Shown here: piece by piece, positions 36,864 through 48,167 of the stretch | Layout of the letters: the number at the start of each line of letters is the position of its first letter | How positions within the stretch are numbered: position 1 is the stretch's first letter | Source of the DNA: Rhodoferax sp. | Lineage (GTDB): Bacteria; Pseudomonadota; Gammaproteobacteria; Burkholderiales; Burkholderiaceae_C | Assembly: GCF_028689295.1 (NCBI RefSeq) | Contig: NZ_JAQTWL010000005.1 | Coordinates: 82,579-146,578, forward strand | Reading direction: 5' to 3' | Length of the DNA stretch: 64,000 bases | Position numbers and translations under genes: made by a program | The notes under the pieces: generated by a model | Database searches by the model: none | Told to the model about the DNA's origin: nothing | The model's input: the letters and a program-made list of their open reading frames with translations, nothing else

Positions 36864-38702
36864 CTACTCTGAACTCTGCTGCAGCGCCCACATCTGCGCG
36901 TAACGACCTCCTGAAGCCAGCAGCGCCGCATGGGTTCCGCGCTCCAGGATGTGGCCGGCCTCCATCACCAGGATCTCTTGCGCATCGACCACGGTGGAGA
37001 GTCGGTGCGCAATCACCAGCGTGGTCTTGTTCTGCGCCACGCTCTGCAATTCGGCCTGGATGGCGCGTTCATTGGCCGAGTCCAACGCGCTGGTGGCTTC
37101 GTCAAAAATCAAAATAGGCGGATTTTTGAGCAGCGTACGGGCAATCGCCACGCGCTGCTTTTCGCCGCCCGACAGTTTCAGGCCGCGCTCACCGACCATG
37201 GTCTCAAAGCCTTTGGGTGTGGCGGCGATGAAGTCGTGGATGTGCGCCGACTTGGCCGCCTCGATCACTTGCTCGCGGGTGGCGCCGGGCTGGCCGTAGG
37301 CGATGTTGTATTCGACAGTGTCATTGAACAGCACGGTGTCTTGCGGCACGATTCCGATGGCCTGGCGCACGCTGGCCTGTGTCACCTGCCTGATGTCCTG
37401 TCCGGCGATCAGGATCTGGCCGCTTTGCACGTCGTAGAAGCGAAACAGCAACCGCGCCAGCGTCGATTTGCCCGAGCCCGACGGGCCGACCACCGCCACT
37501 GTTTTGCCAGCCGGGATGTCAAAGCTGATGTCGTGCAGGATCGGACGCGCCGGGTCGTAGGCGAAGTCCACGTGCCTGAAGGCCACGCTGGCGCTTTCGG
37601 GTGTCAGCGACAGGGCGGGCGCGCCCGGCACATCGGCAATTTCGCGTTCGCGCTCCATCAGGGTGAACATTTTTTCCAGGTCGGTCAGGCCCTGCTTGAT
37701 CTCGCGGTAGAGCACGCCCAGAAAGCCCAGCGGGATGTAGAGCTGGATCATGAAGGCATTGACCATCACCAGGTCGCCCAGCGTCATGCGGCCGTCAACC
37801 ACGCCCTGGGTGGCGCGCCACAGCATGGCCACCAGTCCGGCGGCGATGATGAGTTGCTGGCCGGTGTTGAGCAGGCTCAAGGTGGTCTGGCTCTTGAGCG
37901 CCGCCTTGCGGTAGCGCTCCAGGTTTTCGTCGTAACGGCGCGCCTCGAACTCTTCGTTGTTGAAATATTTCACCGTCTCGTAGTTCAGCAGCGAATCGAT
38001 GGCGCGGCTGTGCGCGGTCGAATCCAGCTCGTTCATGACCTTGCGGAACTGGGTGCGCCATTCGGTCACCAGAATGGTGAAGGCGATGTAGAGAATGAGC
38101 GCAATGATGGTGATCCAGGCAAACCACATGTCGAACTTGACCGCCAGAATGCTCAGCACCAGCGCCACCTCGATCAGCGTCGGGAAGATGCTGTAGAGCG
38201 AATAGCTGATGAGCGAGTGCACGGCGCGCGTGCCGCGCTCGATGTCGCGCGTCATGCCGCCGGTCTGGCGTTCCAGGTGAAAGCGCAGGCTCAGGGCGTG
38301 CAAGTGGCGAAACACCTGCACGGAGATGCTGCGCGAGGCGCCCTCGGTGGCCTTGGCAAAAATCAGCTCGCGTAATTCGGCAAACAGCGTGGTGGACAGG
38401 CGCAGCAGGCCGTACGCCACCAGCAGGCCCAGCGGCACCACCAGCAGCGCCTCGGGACCGATGGTCCCCTTGGGGTTCATGGTGTCCACCAGCTCCTTGA
38501 GCAGCAGCGGCACACTCACGTTGGCCAGCTTGGCCCCCACCATGAAGGCCAGCGCCGCGATCACGCGCCATTTGTATTCCCACAGGTAGGGGAACAAGCG
38601 CTGCAAGGTGGCCCAGTCCGAGCGCGCAAGCGCGGCAGCTTTGGGGTCGGATGACGTGCTGGAGGTGGTGCCGCTGTGACGGCTGGATGAATGGCTGCGC
38701 AT
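36864..38702 (-). CDS. ATM1-type (ABCB) ABC exporter, fused permease/ATPase
   Basis: HLERQTGG, NYETVKYF, Walker A GPSGSGKS, LSGGEKQR, ILIFDEATSALD. Confidence 0.95.
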   Translation of the reverse strand: MRSHSSSRHSGTTSSTSSDPKAAALARSDWATLQRLFPYLWEYKWRVIAALAFMVGAKLANVSVPLLLKELVDTMNPKGTIGPEALLVVPLGLLVAYGLLRLSTTLFAELRELIFAKATEGASRSISVQVFRHLHALSLRFHLERQTGGMTRDIERGTRAVHSLISYSLYSIFPTLIEVALVLSILAVKFDMWFAWITIIALILYIAFTILVTEWRTQFRKVMNELDSTAHSRAIDSLLNYETVKYFNNEEFEARRYDENLERYRKAALKSQTTLSLLNTGQQLIIAAGLVAMLWRATQGVVDGRMTLGDLVMVNAFMIQLYIPLGFLGVLYREIKQGLTDLEKMFTLMEREREIADVPGAPALSLTPESASVAFRHVDFAYDPARPILHDISFDIPAGKTVAVVGPSGSGKSTLARLLFRFYDVQSGQILIAGQDIRQVTQASVRQAIGIVPQDTVLFNDTVEYNIAYGQPGATREQVIEAAKSAHIHDFIAATPKGFETMVGERGLKLSGGEKQRVAIARTLLKNPPILIFDEATSALDSANERAIQAELQSVAQNKTTLVIAHRLSTVVDAQEILVMEAGHILERGTHAALLASGGRYAQMWALQQSSE

Positions 38703-38794
38703 GGAGGACAATCCTGACTATTTGCGGGACAGGCCTCAGCTACACGAAATGAGCCAGCTCTGTCCCCAACACTTTGTAACCCAGGATTGTGCCC

Positions 38795-39211
38795 ATGTCT
38801 GCAAACATTGCCTCCAACGCCGTGCAATTGCCCATTGACGAAAAATTGGTGCTCAAGGTGATCCCCATGCCGCGCGATGTCAATGCCAACGGCGATATTT
38901 TTGGCGGCTGGGTGATGGCGCAGGTGGACCTGGCCGGCGCCGTGATCGCATCCCCTTATGCCGCAGGCCGCATGGCCACCGTGGCGGTGAACGAGTTCAT
39001 TTTCAAGCAGCCGGTGCGGGTGGGTGACATCCTGTCATTTTTTGGCAAGCTGGTGCGCATTGGCCGCACCTCGATCACGGTCAAGATCGAGGTCTATGCC
39101 GAACACTTTCGCGCCCAGGGCAAATACACCAAGGTGACCGAGGCATCGCTCACCTATGTCGCCATCGACGACCAGGGCAAGCCACGCGAAGTGCCCAAGC
39201 CAGCCGCCTGA
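38795..39211 (+). CDS. Acyl-CoA thioesterase (YciA-like)
   Basis: MPRDVNANGDIFGGWVMAQVDLAG hotdog motif. Confidence 0.92.
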   Translation: MSANIASNAVQLPIDEKLVLKVIPMPRDVNANGDIFGGWVMAQVDLAGAVIASPYAAGRMATVAVNEFIFKQPVRVGDILSFFGKLVRIGRTSITVKIEVYAEHFRAQGKYTKVTEASLTYVAIDDQGKPREVPKPAA

Positions 39212-39228
39212 CTGTAGCGTAACCAGCC

Positions 39229-39717
39229 CTAGGACACGATGTAGGCGGCCGAGCCGGTGGATAGCAGCTTGCCGTCGGCGCCCAAAAACTCCATGCGGGT
39301 GGACGCCACGCGTGAGCCCAGGCGCATCACCTCGGCGCGCAACTCGAACCACTCGCCAATGCCGGGGCGCAGGTAGTCGATGCGCAGGTCGATGGTGCCG
39401 AGCTTGGCAAAGCGCTGCAGGCGCTGCGTCGGCGACTCATCCATGTGGCGCGCGCCTATGGCCGCCATCACCGCCAGCCCGCCCAGCGCGTCCAGGCTGG
39501 CGCTGATGACGCCGCCGTGAATGCGGTTGTAGGCGTAATGGCCGACCAGCTCGTGCTTCATTTTGATGCGCGCACGCACCTGGTCTGGTTTGATCGACGT
39601 GATTTTGAGACCCAACATCTGGTTGAAAACGATCAGCTCTTCAAAGACCTTGGTCAGACCCGCCAGGAATTCGGCTTCAAATTCAATCCTGGCGGGCGCA
39701 GCAACGGTTGGGGTCAT
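39229..39717 (-). CDS. Hotdog-fold thioesterase family protein
   Basis: IHGGVISASLD, TIDLRIDYLRPG motifs. Confidence 0.9.
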   Translation of the reverse strand: MTPTVAAPARIEFEAEFLAGLTKVFEELIVFNQMLGLKITSIKPDQVRARIKMKHELVGHYAYNRIHGGVISASLDALGGLAVMAAIGARHMDESPTQRLQRFAKLGTIDLRIDYLRPGIGEWFELRAEVMRLGSRVASTRMEFLGADGKLLSTGSAAYIVS

Positions 39718-39753
39718 CTGGAATCCTGTCGCAACAAAACCCGACGGTATCGG

Positions 39754-40344
39754 TCAACTGCCAATCAACGCTTTCTTGAGATTGCCGTCCACCGGCTTGT
39801 CACCCAGCCAGATGCGCAGCACTGAGGTGAAAAATTCTTCGCCCGCAATCACGTTGCCTCGCGCCTTGCCGTTGACCGTGACCTGCGTGCCCGCGTCTGG
39901 CACATACTCGAAATGGATCACATCACCCTTTTTGGCTTCGCCCACAGCCTTGAGGTTGGCATTGAGCGCGTCAATTTGCGGCCTCATTGCGGCAAACTGG
40001 GCCTCGGTGTGGTTGTCGCGCAAGCCGTCATTCAGGGCACTGGCAAAGCTCTCGGCATCGACGTTGCGTAGCATGGTGATGGTGACACGGCGCGCACCCG
40101 TTTGCGCCAGAAGTTGGGCAGCACTGGCGGCTTTTTGGGGCATGTACAAGCCGGCCACATAGACCTTGAAGAACACCTTGGTGCGCAAGCCTGCCCCGTT
40201 GAGTTGCAGCTTGGCAGCACCCAACTGGGTGGTGGCCTCAAGCTTGACACCCTCCACCTCAAGTGGCTGCGCCCAGGCAGCCAAGGCAGCGCACGCCAGC
40301 AGCAGGGTGGCGAGAGGTCGTTTTACAGAGTTGAATGGACGCAT
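39754..40344 (-). CDS. Chalcone isomerase-like exported protein
   Basis: Signal peptide; LNGAGLRTKVFFKVYVAGLY; IWLGDKPVD. Confidence 0.88.
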   Translation of the reverse strand: MRPFNSVKRPLATLLLACAALAAWAQPLEVEGVKLEATTQLGAAKLQLNGAGLRTKVFFKVYVAGLYMPQKAASAAQLLAQTGARRVTITMLRNVDAESFASALNDGLRDNHTEAQFAAMRPQIDALNANLKAVGEAKKGDVIHFEYVPDAGTQVTVNGKARGNVIAGEEFFTSVLRIWLGDKPVDGNLKKALIGS

Positions 40345-40453
40345 TGACGGTCTCCTTTTGTTAAAAATCACCTTTTATTGCCGGGAGATTCCCGGTGCCC
40401 CTAATTTCTTTGAGTATATGGGGCATGGCTTGATGGTCACAGACCGCAACGGC

Positions 40454-40987
40454 TCACTTGAATAAAAGAGAGCTTTTAAACGTGTTGCGGATCAATTGCT
40501 GCGCCTGCGGGCTATCCCATTCGCGCGCGCCGACGATTTTGTTGAGCACCCGTCCCTTGGCATCCACCAGCACCGTCAGCGGCAGGTGCTCGGCGCCCAG
40601 CATGTGTTCGAGCTCCAGCTCGCGGTCGATGTAATGGTTCATGGTGGCCTGGCTCTTGCGCAGGAAACCTTTGGCAGATTCGGGATAGTCATCGGTAGAA
40701 ATGCCGATCACGGTAAATTGCTGACCCAGGTCGCTCCAGGCCAGACGTTCCAGCGAGCCCATCTCCTGGATGCAGGGCGGGCACCAGCTGGCCCAGACGT
40801 TGATGATGAGCGGTTTGCCGCGAAAAGCAGACAACTTTTGGTCCGGCCCGTTCAGCCCGCGCATCGTGGCATCGCGCAACACGCTGCCCACTTCCACCTC
40901 GCCGGGAGTTTTCGCAGCGGTGTTGGTGACCAACCCCAGCGCCAGCCAGAGGGCAAGCAGACCGAGTTTTATGTCTATGAAACGCAT
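40454..40987 (-). CDS. TlpA-family thiol:disulfide oxidoreductase
   Basis: Signal/anchor; GKPLIINVWASWCPPCIQEM; cis-Pro LPLT. Confidence 0.92.
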   Translation of the reverse strand: MRFIDIKLGLLALWLALGLVTNTAAKTPGEVEVGSVLRDATMRGLNGPDQKLSAFRGKPLIINVWASWCPPCIQEMGSLERLAWSDLGQQFTVIGISTDDYPESAKGFLRKSQATMNHYIDRELELEHMLGAEHLPLTVLVDAKGRVLNKIVGAREWDSPQAQQLIRNTFKSSLLFK

Positions 40988-41062
40988 TCAACCTCCCCTT
41001 TTTCGTGTCAAAAAATTGCTGTGCGCATATTGATTTTGACACCTTCTGGCATTTGACTTACG

Positions 41063-41839
41063 TCAAAGTTTGACAAAGTCTGGTTTGCGTTTTTCCATGA
41101 AGGCAGAAAACGCTTCACGCGCGGCAGGCTCGGCCAGCATGCGGCCAAACAGCGTGCCTTCATCAGCCATGCGCTCGGCCACCAGGTTGGCTTGTCCCTG
41201 TTTCATCAGGCGCTTGGTGGCGAGCAACGAGGCCATGGGCTTGCTGGCCAGCTTTTGAGCCTGGCGCCGGGCCAGCGCGTTGACCTCGGCGGGTGGCACG
41301 ATGCGGCTGATCAGGCCCATCTCCAGCGCGGCCTCGGCCAGGAAAGGTTCGCCCAGCAGCAGTGCCTCGGCGGCGCGGCCGTAGCCCATGCGCTGCGGCG
41401 CCAGCAGGCTGCTGGCTGCTTCTGGACACACGCCCAGGTTCACAAAGGGCATGGAAAAAGCGGCGTTGTCACCGGCATAGACCAGGTCGCAATGGAACAG
41501 CATCGTGGTGCCGATGCCCACCGCCGGCCCGCACACCGCCGCCACGATGGGTTTGCTGAAGCTGCTGATGGCGCGCATGAAGCGAAACACCGGCGCCTCG
41601 AGCGTGGTGGGCGGCGCCTGCAGAAAGTCGGCAATGTCGTTGCCGGCGCTGAACACGGTTTCGTGCCCCTGGATCACCATGACGCGCACGGCAGCGTCGG
41701 CCTGCGCCTGCTCGACGGCCTCGGCCATGCCCGCATACATGGCGGTGGTGAGCGAGTTTTTCCGGGCGACACGGTTCAGCGTGAGGGTGATGACGCCACC
41801 GGTGGTGTCGAGTAGCAGGTCAGTTGTCGAATTGTTCAT
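41063..41839 (-). CDS. Enoyl-CoA hydratase/isomerase family protein
   Basis: FSAGNDI, AVGIGTT, PEAASS motifs. Confidence 0.92.
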   Translation of the reverse strand: MNNSTTDLLLDTTGGVITLTLNRVARKNSLTTAMYAGMAEAVEQAQADAAVRVMVIQGHETVFSAGNDIADFLQAPPTTLEAPVFRFMRAISSFSKPIVAAVCGPAVGIGTTMLFHCDLVYAGDNAAFSMPFVNLGVCPEAASSLLAPQRMGYGRAAEALLLGEPFLAEAALEMGLISRIVPPAEVNALARRQAQKLASKPMASLLATKRLMKQGQANLVAERMADEGTLFGRMLAEPAAREAFSAFMEKRKPDFVKL

Positions 41840-41858
41840 GGGCCGTAGGTTATCAGAC

Positions 41859-43055
41859 TCAAACGCGCTCGAAGATGCCGGCCGCGCCCTGGCCCATGCC
41901 GATGCACATGGTCACCATGCCGTACTTGCCGCCAGTGCGGTGCAGCCCGTGGATGACGGTGGCGGCGCGAATCGCCCCGGTCGCACCCAGCGGGTGGCCC
42001 AGCGCAATGGCGCCGCCCATCGGGTTGACCCGGGCCTGGTCCAGCCCCAGCGTGTTGATGACGGCCAGGCTCTGCGCGGCAAACGCTTCGTTGAGCTCGA
42101 TCCAGTCGATCTGCTCCAGCGTCAAACCACCGTTTTTCAGTGCGGCAGGGATGGCCTCGATCGGACCGATCCCCATGTACTGCGGCGGTACGCCCTTGGC
42201 GGCAAAACTCACAAAACGTGCCAGCGGCGTCAATCCGAACTGCTTGACCGCCTTTTCGCTGGCCAGAATCAGCGCACCGGCACCGTCCGAGGTTTGTGAA
42301 CTGTTGCCGGCCGTGACGGTGCCGCGCGCGGCAAACGGATTCTTGAGCTTGGCCAGGCCTTCGAGCGAGGTGTCGGCGCGCGCACCTTCGTCCAGCCTCA
42401 CCACACGCTTTTTCTCGATGACTTCGCCGCTGGCCAGGTTGGGTGATCGGTCGGTCACCTCGATCGGGGTGGTTTCGGCGGTGAAATAGCCGGCAGCCTG
42501 GGCGGCCAGTGCGCGCTGGTGCGATTGCAGCGCAAACGCGTCCTGCGCCTCGCGGCCGACCTTCCACTGGGTGGCCACCTTCTCGGCGGTCAAGCCCATG
42601 CCGTAAGCGATGCCCACGTTCTCATCGTTCTCGAACATCAGCGGCGAATACGATGGCGCGTTGCCGCCCATCGGCACCATGCTCATGCTCTCCACGCCGG
42701 CGGCGATCATGACATCGGCCTCGCCCACCCGAATGCGGTCGGCTGCCATCTGGATGGCCGTCACGCCCGAGGCGCAAAAACGGTTGATCGTGACGCCGCC
42801 CACGCGAGTGGGCAGGCCCGCCAGCACGGCCGCTGTGCGCGCAATGTTCAGGCCTTGCTGGCCTTCGGGCATGGCGCAGCCGCAGACGATGTCCTCGATG
42901 GCGTTGGGGTCGAGCCCGGGCACCTGCTTGAGTGCCGATTGCAACACCTTGACCAACAGGTCGTCGGGGCGCATGTTTTTGAAAACCCCGCGCGACGACT
43001 TGCCAATGGGGCTGCGCGTGGCAGCGACGATATAGGCTTCTTGAAGTTGTTTCAT
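41859..43055 (-). CDS. fadA: Acetyl-CoA C-acyltransferase (thiolase)
   Basis: NRFCASG, NEAFA, GHPLGATG, CIGMGQG motifs. Confidence 0.95.
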   Translation of the reverse strand: MKQLQEAYIVAATRSPIGKSSRGVFKNMRPDDLLVKVLQSALKQVPGLDPNAIEDIVCGCAMPEGQQGLNIARTAAVLAGLPTRVGGVTINRFCASGVTAIQMAADRIRVGEADVMIAAGVESMSMVPMGGNAPSYSPLMFENDENVGIAYGMGLTAEKVATQWKVGREAQDAFALQSHQRALAAQAAGYFTAETTPIEVTDRSPNLASGEVIEKKRVVRLDEGARADTSLEGLAKLKNPFAARGTVTAGNSSQTSDGAGALILASEKAVKQFGLTPLARFVSFAAKGVPPQYMGIGPIEAIPAALKNGGLTLEQIDWIELNEAFAAQSLAVINTLGLDQARVNPMGGAIALGHPLGATGAIRAATVIHGLHRTGGKYGMVTMCIGMGQGAAGIFERV

Positions 43056-43124
43056 TTTCGTATCTCAATCAGTTGAGGACAGAGCAAAATTGCTGCGCAA
43101 TTCCTGGTCTCTCCCGCAAAGTTA

Positions 43125-45524
43125 TTAATTGCGTACCGGTTTGCCGTTTTGCATCATGCCCATGATGCGTTCCTGCGTTTTGGGGTTGCCCAGCAGGGTG
43201 CCAAACGCTTTGCGCTCCAGCGTCATCAGGTAGTCCTCGTTGACCAGACTACCGGCATCGACATCACCACCGCACACCACCCAGGCAATCTGGCAGCCGA
43301 TGAAGTAGTCGTAGGCGCTGATGAAGCCGCCGTCGCGCATGTTGACCAGCGATCCCTTGATGGTGGCCAGGCCGCTGCGACCCGCCACTTGGAACAGACG
43401 CCTGAGCGGCGCGCGGTGACCCGAGTCGAACATGGCTTTTGCCTCGTTGAGGGCCACAAACAGCAGCTCGTCCTTGTGCGGCACGATCACGTCGCCCTCC
43501 ATCAGGTAGCCCAACTTGCGTGACTCGTGGGCACTGGTGCCGACCTTGGCCATGGCGGCTGCCGTGAAGCCCTCAGACAGGAAGGGCAGCAGGTCCTTGC
43601 CGGTTGAACTGGCGGCGTTTTCGGCCGCGCGACGGGCGATGTAGGCCAGGCCGCCGCCGCCGGGCACCAGGCCCACACCCACCTCAACCAGACCGATGTA
43701 GCTTTCCATCGCCACCACACGCCGGGCGGTGTAGGCAGCCAGTTCGCAGCCGCCGCCCAGCGCCAGACCCCGTACGGCAGAGACCACCGGCACGTTGGCG
43801 TAACGCAGTTTCAGCATGGCTTGCTGCATTTCGTATTCGGCGGCCGCAATCGCCTTGACACCGCCCGTCATGAAGGCCGGCAGCATGGCCTGGAGGTCGG
43901 CGCCGGCCGAGAACACCTCGTCGTTGGACCAGATCACCATGCCCTTGTATTGGCCTTCTGCCAGCGCCAGGCCTTGCAGCAGCCCGGCGATCACGTCCGG
44001 GCCGATCGCGTGCATCTTGGTCTTGATGCTGGCAATGACAACCTCATCATCGAGTGTCCACAGGCGGATGGCATCGTCCTCGAACAGGGTGGTGCCGGCC
44101 TTGGCGGCGGAGGTCGCCTGTGAGCCCAGCACACTCTCGGGGAAGTGCTGACGGGCATACACCGGCAGCTTGCGCACCGGCACAAACTGGCCTGCTGAAG
44201 GGTTCCACGAGCCCTGCGGCGTGTGCACGCCACCGGCATCTGCCACCGGCCCCTTGAACACCCAGTCGGGCAGCGGTGCGCTGCACAGCGCCTTGCCGGC
44301 GTCGATGTCTTCCTTGACCATGTTGGCCACGCTGAGCCAGCCGGCTTCCTGCCACAGCTCGAACGGGCCCTGTTTCATGCCGAAGCCCCAGCGCATGCAG
44401 AAGTCCACATCACGCGCGTTGTCGGCGATGGTGCCCAGGTGCACAGCGGCGTAATGGAAGGCATTGCGCAAAATCGCCCACAGGAATTGCCCTTGTGCGC
44501 CCTCGCTATTGCGCAGCAGTTGCAGGCGCTCGGCTGCGGGTTTTTTCAGCATGCGCGTATAGACCTCATCGGCCTTCTCGCCGCCGGTCACGTAGGACTT
44601 TGAAGCCAGGTCAAAGCGCAAAATATCGCGGCCGACCTTCTTGAAAAACCCCGCCTTCGTTTTCTGTCCCAAGTTGCCCATCTCCAGCAGAGTTTTGAGC
44701 ACCTCGGGGGTGGCAAAACTGGCGTAGAACGGATCGGCCTCCAGGCTCAGAGTGTCCTGCAGCGTCTTGATGACATGGGCCATGGTGTCTAGTCCCACCA
44801 CGTCGGCGGTGCGGAAGGTGCCTGAGCTGGCGCGGCCCAGTTTCTTGCCGGTGAGGTCATCAACCACGTCATAACTCAGGCCAAAGTTTTGCACCTCTTT
44901 GATGGTGGCCAGCATACCGGCAATGCCGACGCGGTTGGCGATGAAGTTGGGCGTGTCCTTGGCGCGCACCACGCATTTGCCCAGACTGCTGGTGACAAAG
45001 GTTTCCAGGTCGTCAAGGATGTGCGGCTCGGTGGTGGGTGTGTTGATCAGCTCCACCAACAGCATGTAGCGCGGCGGGTTGAAGAAGTGGATACCGCAAA
45101 AGCGCGGTTTGATTTCCTCGGGCAGCACCTCACTCAATTTGGTGATGGACAGACCTGAGGTGTTGGACGCTACGATGGCATGCGGCGCGATAAACGGCGC
45201 AATTTTTTTGTATAGGTCAAGTTTCCAGTCCATGCGCTCGGCAATCGCCTCGATGACCAGGTCGCAGTCCCTGAGAAGTTCCATGTGCTCTTCGTAGTTC
45301 GCCTGCTGGATCAGCGCGGCATCTTCGGTGACGCCCAGCGGTGATGGTTTGAGCTTTTTGAGTCCCTCCACGGCACGGGTCACGATGCCGGTTTTCGGCT
45401 CTTCCTTGGCGGGCAAATCAAACAAGATGACAGGCACTTTGCAATTGACCAGGTGCGCAGCGATTTGCGCGCCCATCACACCGGCGCCGAGCACGGCGAC
45501 TTTTTTGACATTGAAACGAGACAT
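43125..45524 (-). CDS. 3-hydroxyacyl-CoA dehydrogenase/enoyl-CoA hydratase fusion
   Basis: GAGVMGAQIA, SNTSG, HFFNPPRY, NFIANR; C-terminal crotonase domain (FSAGADL, ALGGGCE). Confidence 0.94.
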   Translation of the reverse strand: MSRFNVKKVAVLGAGVMGAQIAAHLVNCKVPVILFDLPAKEEPKTGIVTRAVEGLKKLKPSPLGVTEDAALIQQANYEEHMELLRDCDLVIEAIAERMDWKLDLYKKIAPFIAPHAIVASNTSGLSITKLSEVLPEEIKPRFCGIHFFNPPRYMLLVELINTPTTEPHILDDLETFVTSSLGKCVVRAKDTPNFIANRVGIAGMLATIKEVQNFGLSYDVVDDLTGKKLGRASSGTFRTADVVGLDTMAHVIKTLQDTLSLEADPFYASFATPEVLKTLLEMGNLGQKTKAGFFKKVGRDILRFDLASKSYVTGGEKADEVYTRMLKKPAAERLQLLRNSEGAQGQFLWAILRNAFHYAAVHLGTIADNARDVDFCMRWGFGMKQGPFELWQEAGWLSVANMVKEDIDAGKALCSAPLPDWVFKGPVADAGGVHTPQGSWNPSAGQFVPVRKLPVYARQHFPESVLGSQATSAAKAGTTLFEDDAIRLWTLDDEVVIASIKTKMHAIGPDVIAGLLQGLALAEGQYKGMVIWSNDEVFSAGADLQAMLPAFMTGGVKAIAAAEYEMQQAMLKLRYANVPVVSAVRGLALGGGCELAAYTARRVVAMESYIGLVEVGVGLVPGGGGLAYIARRAAENAASSTGKDLLPFLSEGFTAAAMAKVGTSAHESRKLGYLMEGDVIVPHKDELLFVALNEAKAMFDSGHRAPLRRLFQVAGRSGLATIKGSLVNMRDGGFISAYDYFIGCQIAWVVCGGDVDAGSLVNEDYLMTLERKAFGTLLGNPKTQERIMGMMQNGKPVRN

Positions 45525-45547
45525 GTTTGTTTTCCTAGAATGATTGA

Positions 45548-47344
<1,797 letters not shown>

Positions 47345-47366
47345 GGGGTTACTCCTGGTAAATGAA

Positions 47367-48056
47367 TTAGGTTGAATGTGAACGTGTCGTTGTAAACGTC
47401 AGGTTCTTACCGTAGCGCAGCACAATGTGCTCGAACCCGGTGCTGGCGCGCTCCAGGGCGCCAGGGTTTTTCAGGAAGCGTGCTTCGTAATGCAACGCCA
47501 GAATCAGGCCGTGGATTTCGAACGCCATTTGCGCCTCGTCGGCATCGCTCACCAGATGCTCCTCTTCCTTGGCCTGCACCACGGCGCGGTGCAAGGCCGT
47601 CAGCCAGGTTTGCACCGAGCTGGCCAGGGCGTCGCGCACCGGGCCGGGGCGATCATCGAACTCGACCGCACCGCTGATGAAGATGCAGCCCGACTGAATT
47701 TCGATGGCGACCCGCTTCATCCAGTTAGCAAACAGGGCGCGCACCCGCGGCAGTCCTCGTGGCGCGTTCAAGGCCAGGAAAAACACCTCGTTCGAAAAGC
47801 GCTGGTAGTACTCGCGAATGACCGAAATCTGCAATTCTTCGCGTGAGCCGAAGTGAGCAAACACACCGGATTTGCTCATGTGCGTGACCTCTGCCAACGC
47901 GCCGATACTCAAGCCCTCCAAGCCAATTTGCTCAGCGAGGCCCAGGGCCGCGTCGATGATGATCTGCTTGGTTTGCTGGCCCTTTTGCAGGGCCCGCACG
48001 CCGCTTGACGGCTTGCCAAGGTTATCCAGGTTCGGTTCGCGGTTGGGAGTGAGCAT
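47367..48056 (-). CDS. TetR-family regulator of beta-oxidation (FadP-like)
   Basis: GLEGLSIGALAEVTHMSKSGVFAHFGSREEL HTH; first gene of the fad operon. Confidence 0.88.
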   Translation of the reverse strand: MLTPNREPNLDNLGKPSSGVRALQKGQQTKQIIIDAALGLAEQIGLEGLSIGALAEVTHMSKSGVFAHFGSREELQISVIREYYQRFSNEVFFLALNAPRGLPRVRALFANWMKRVAIEIQSGCIFISGAVEFDDRPGPVRDALASSVQTWLTALHRAVVQAKEEEHLVSDADEAQMAFEIHGLILALHYEARFLKNPGALERASTGFEHIVLRYGKNLTFTTTRSHST

Positions 48057-48069
48057 GGCGATGGTGCAT

Positions 48070-48091
48070 AAATAGTACGGTCGTTCTATTT
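48070..48091. promoter_or_regulatory. Palindromic operator upstream of the TetR-fad operon
   Basis: AAATAGTACGGTCGTTCTATTT: near-perfect palindrome 14-35 nt upstream of the TetR start. Confidence 0.75.
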
Positions 48092-48167
48092 TGCAACATT
48101 TAAGACACCAGCGCCACCCCGGTCGCTTTTCTAGGGTGCTTGATCTAGGGGATTTGCGGGTAAACCC

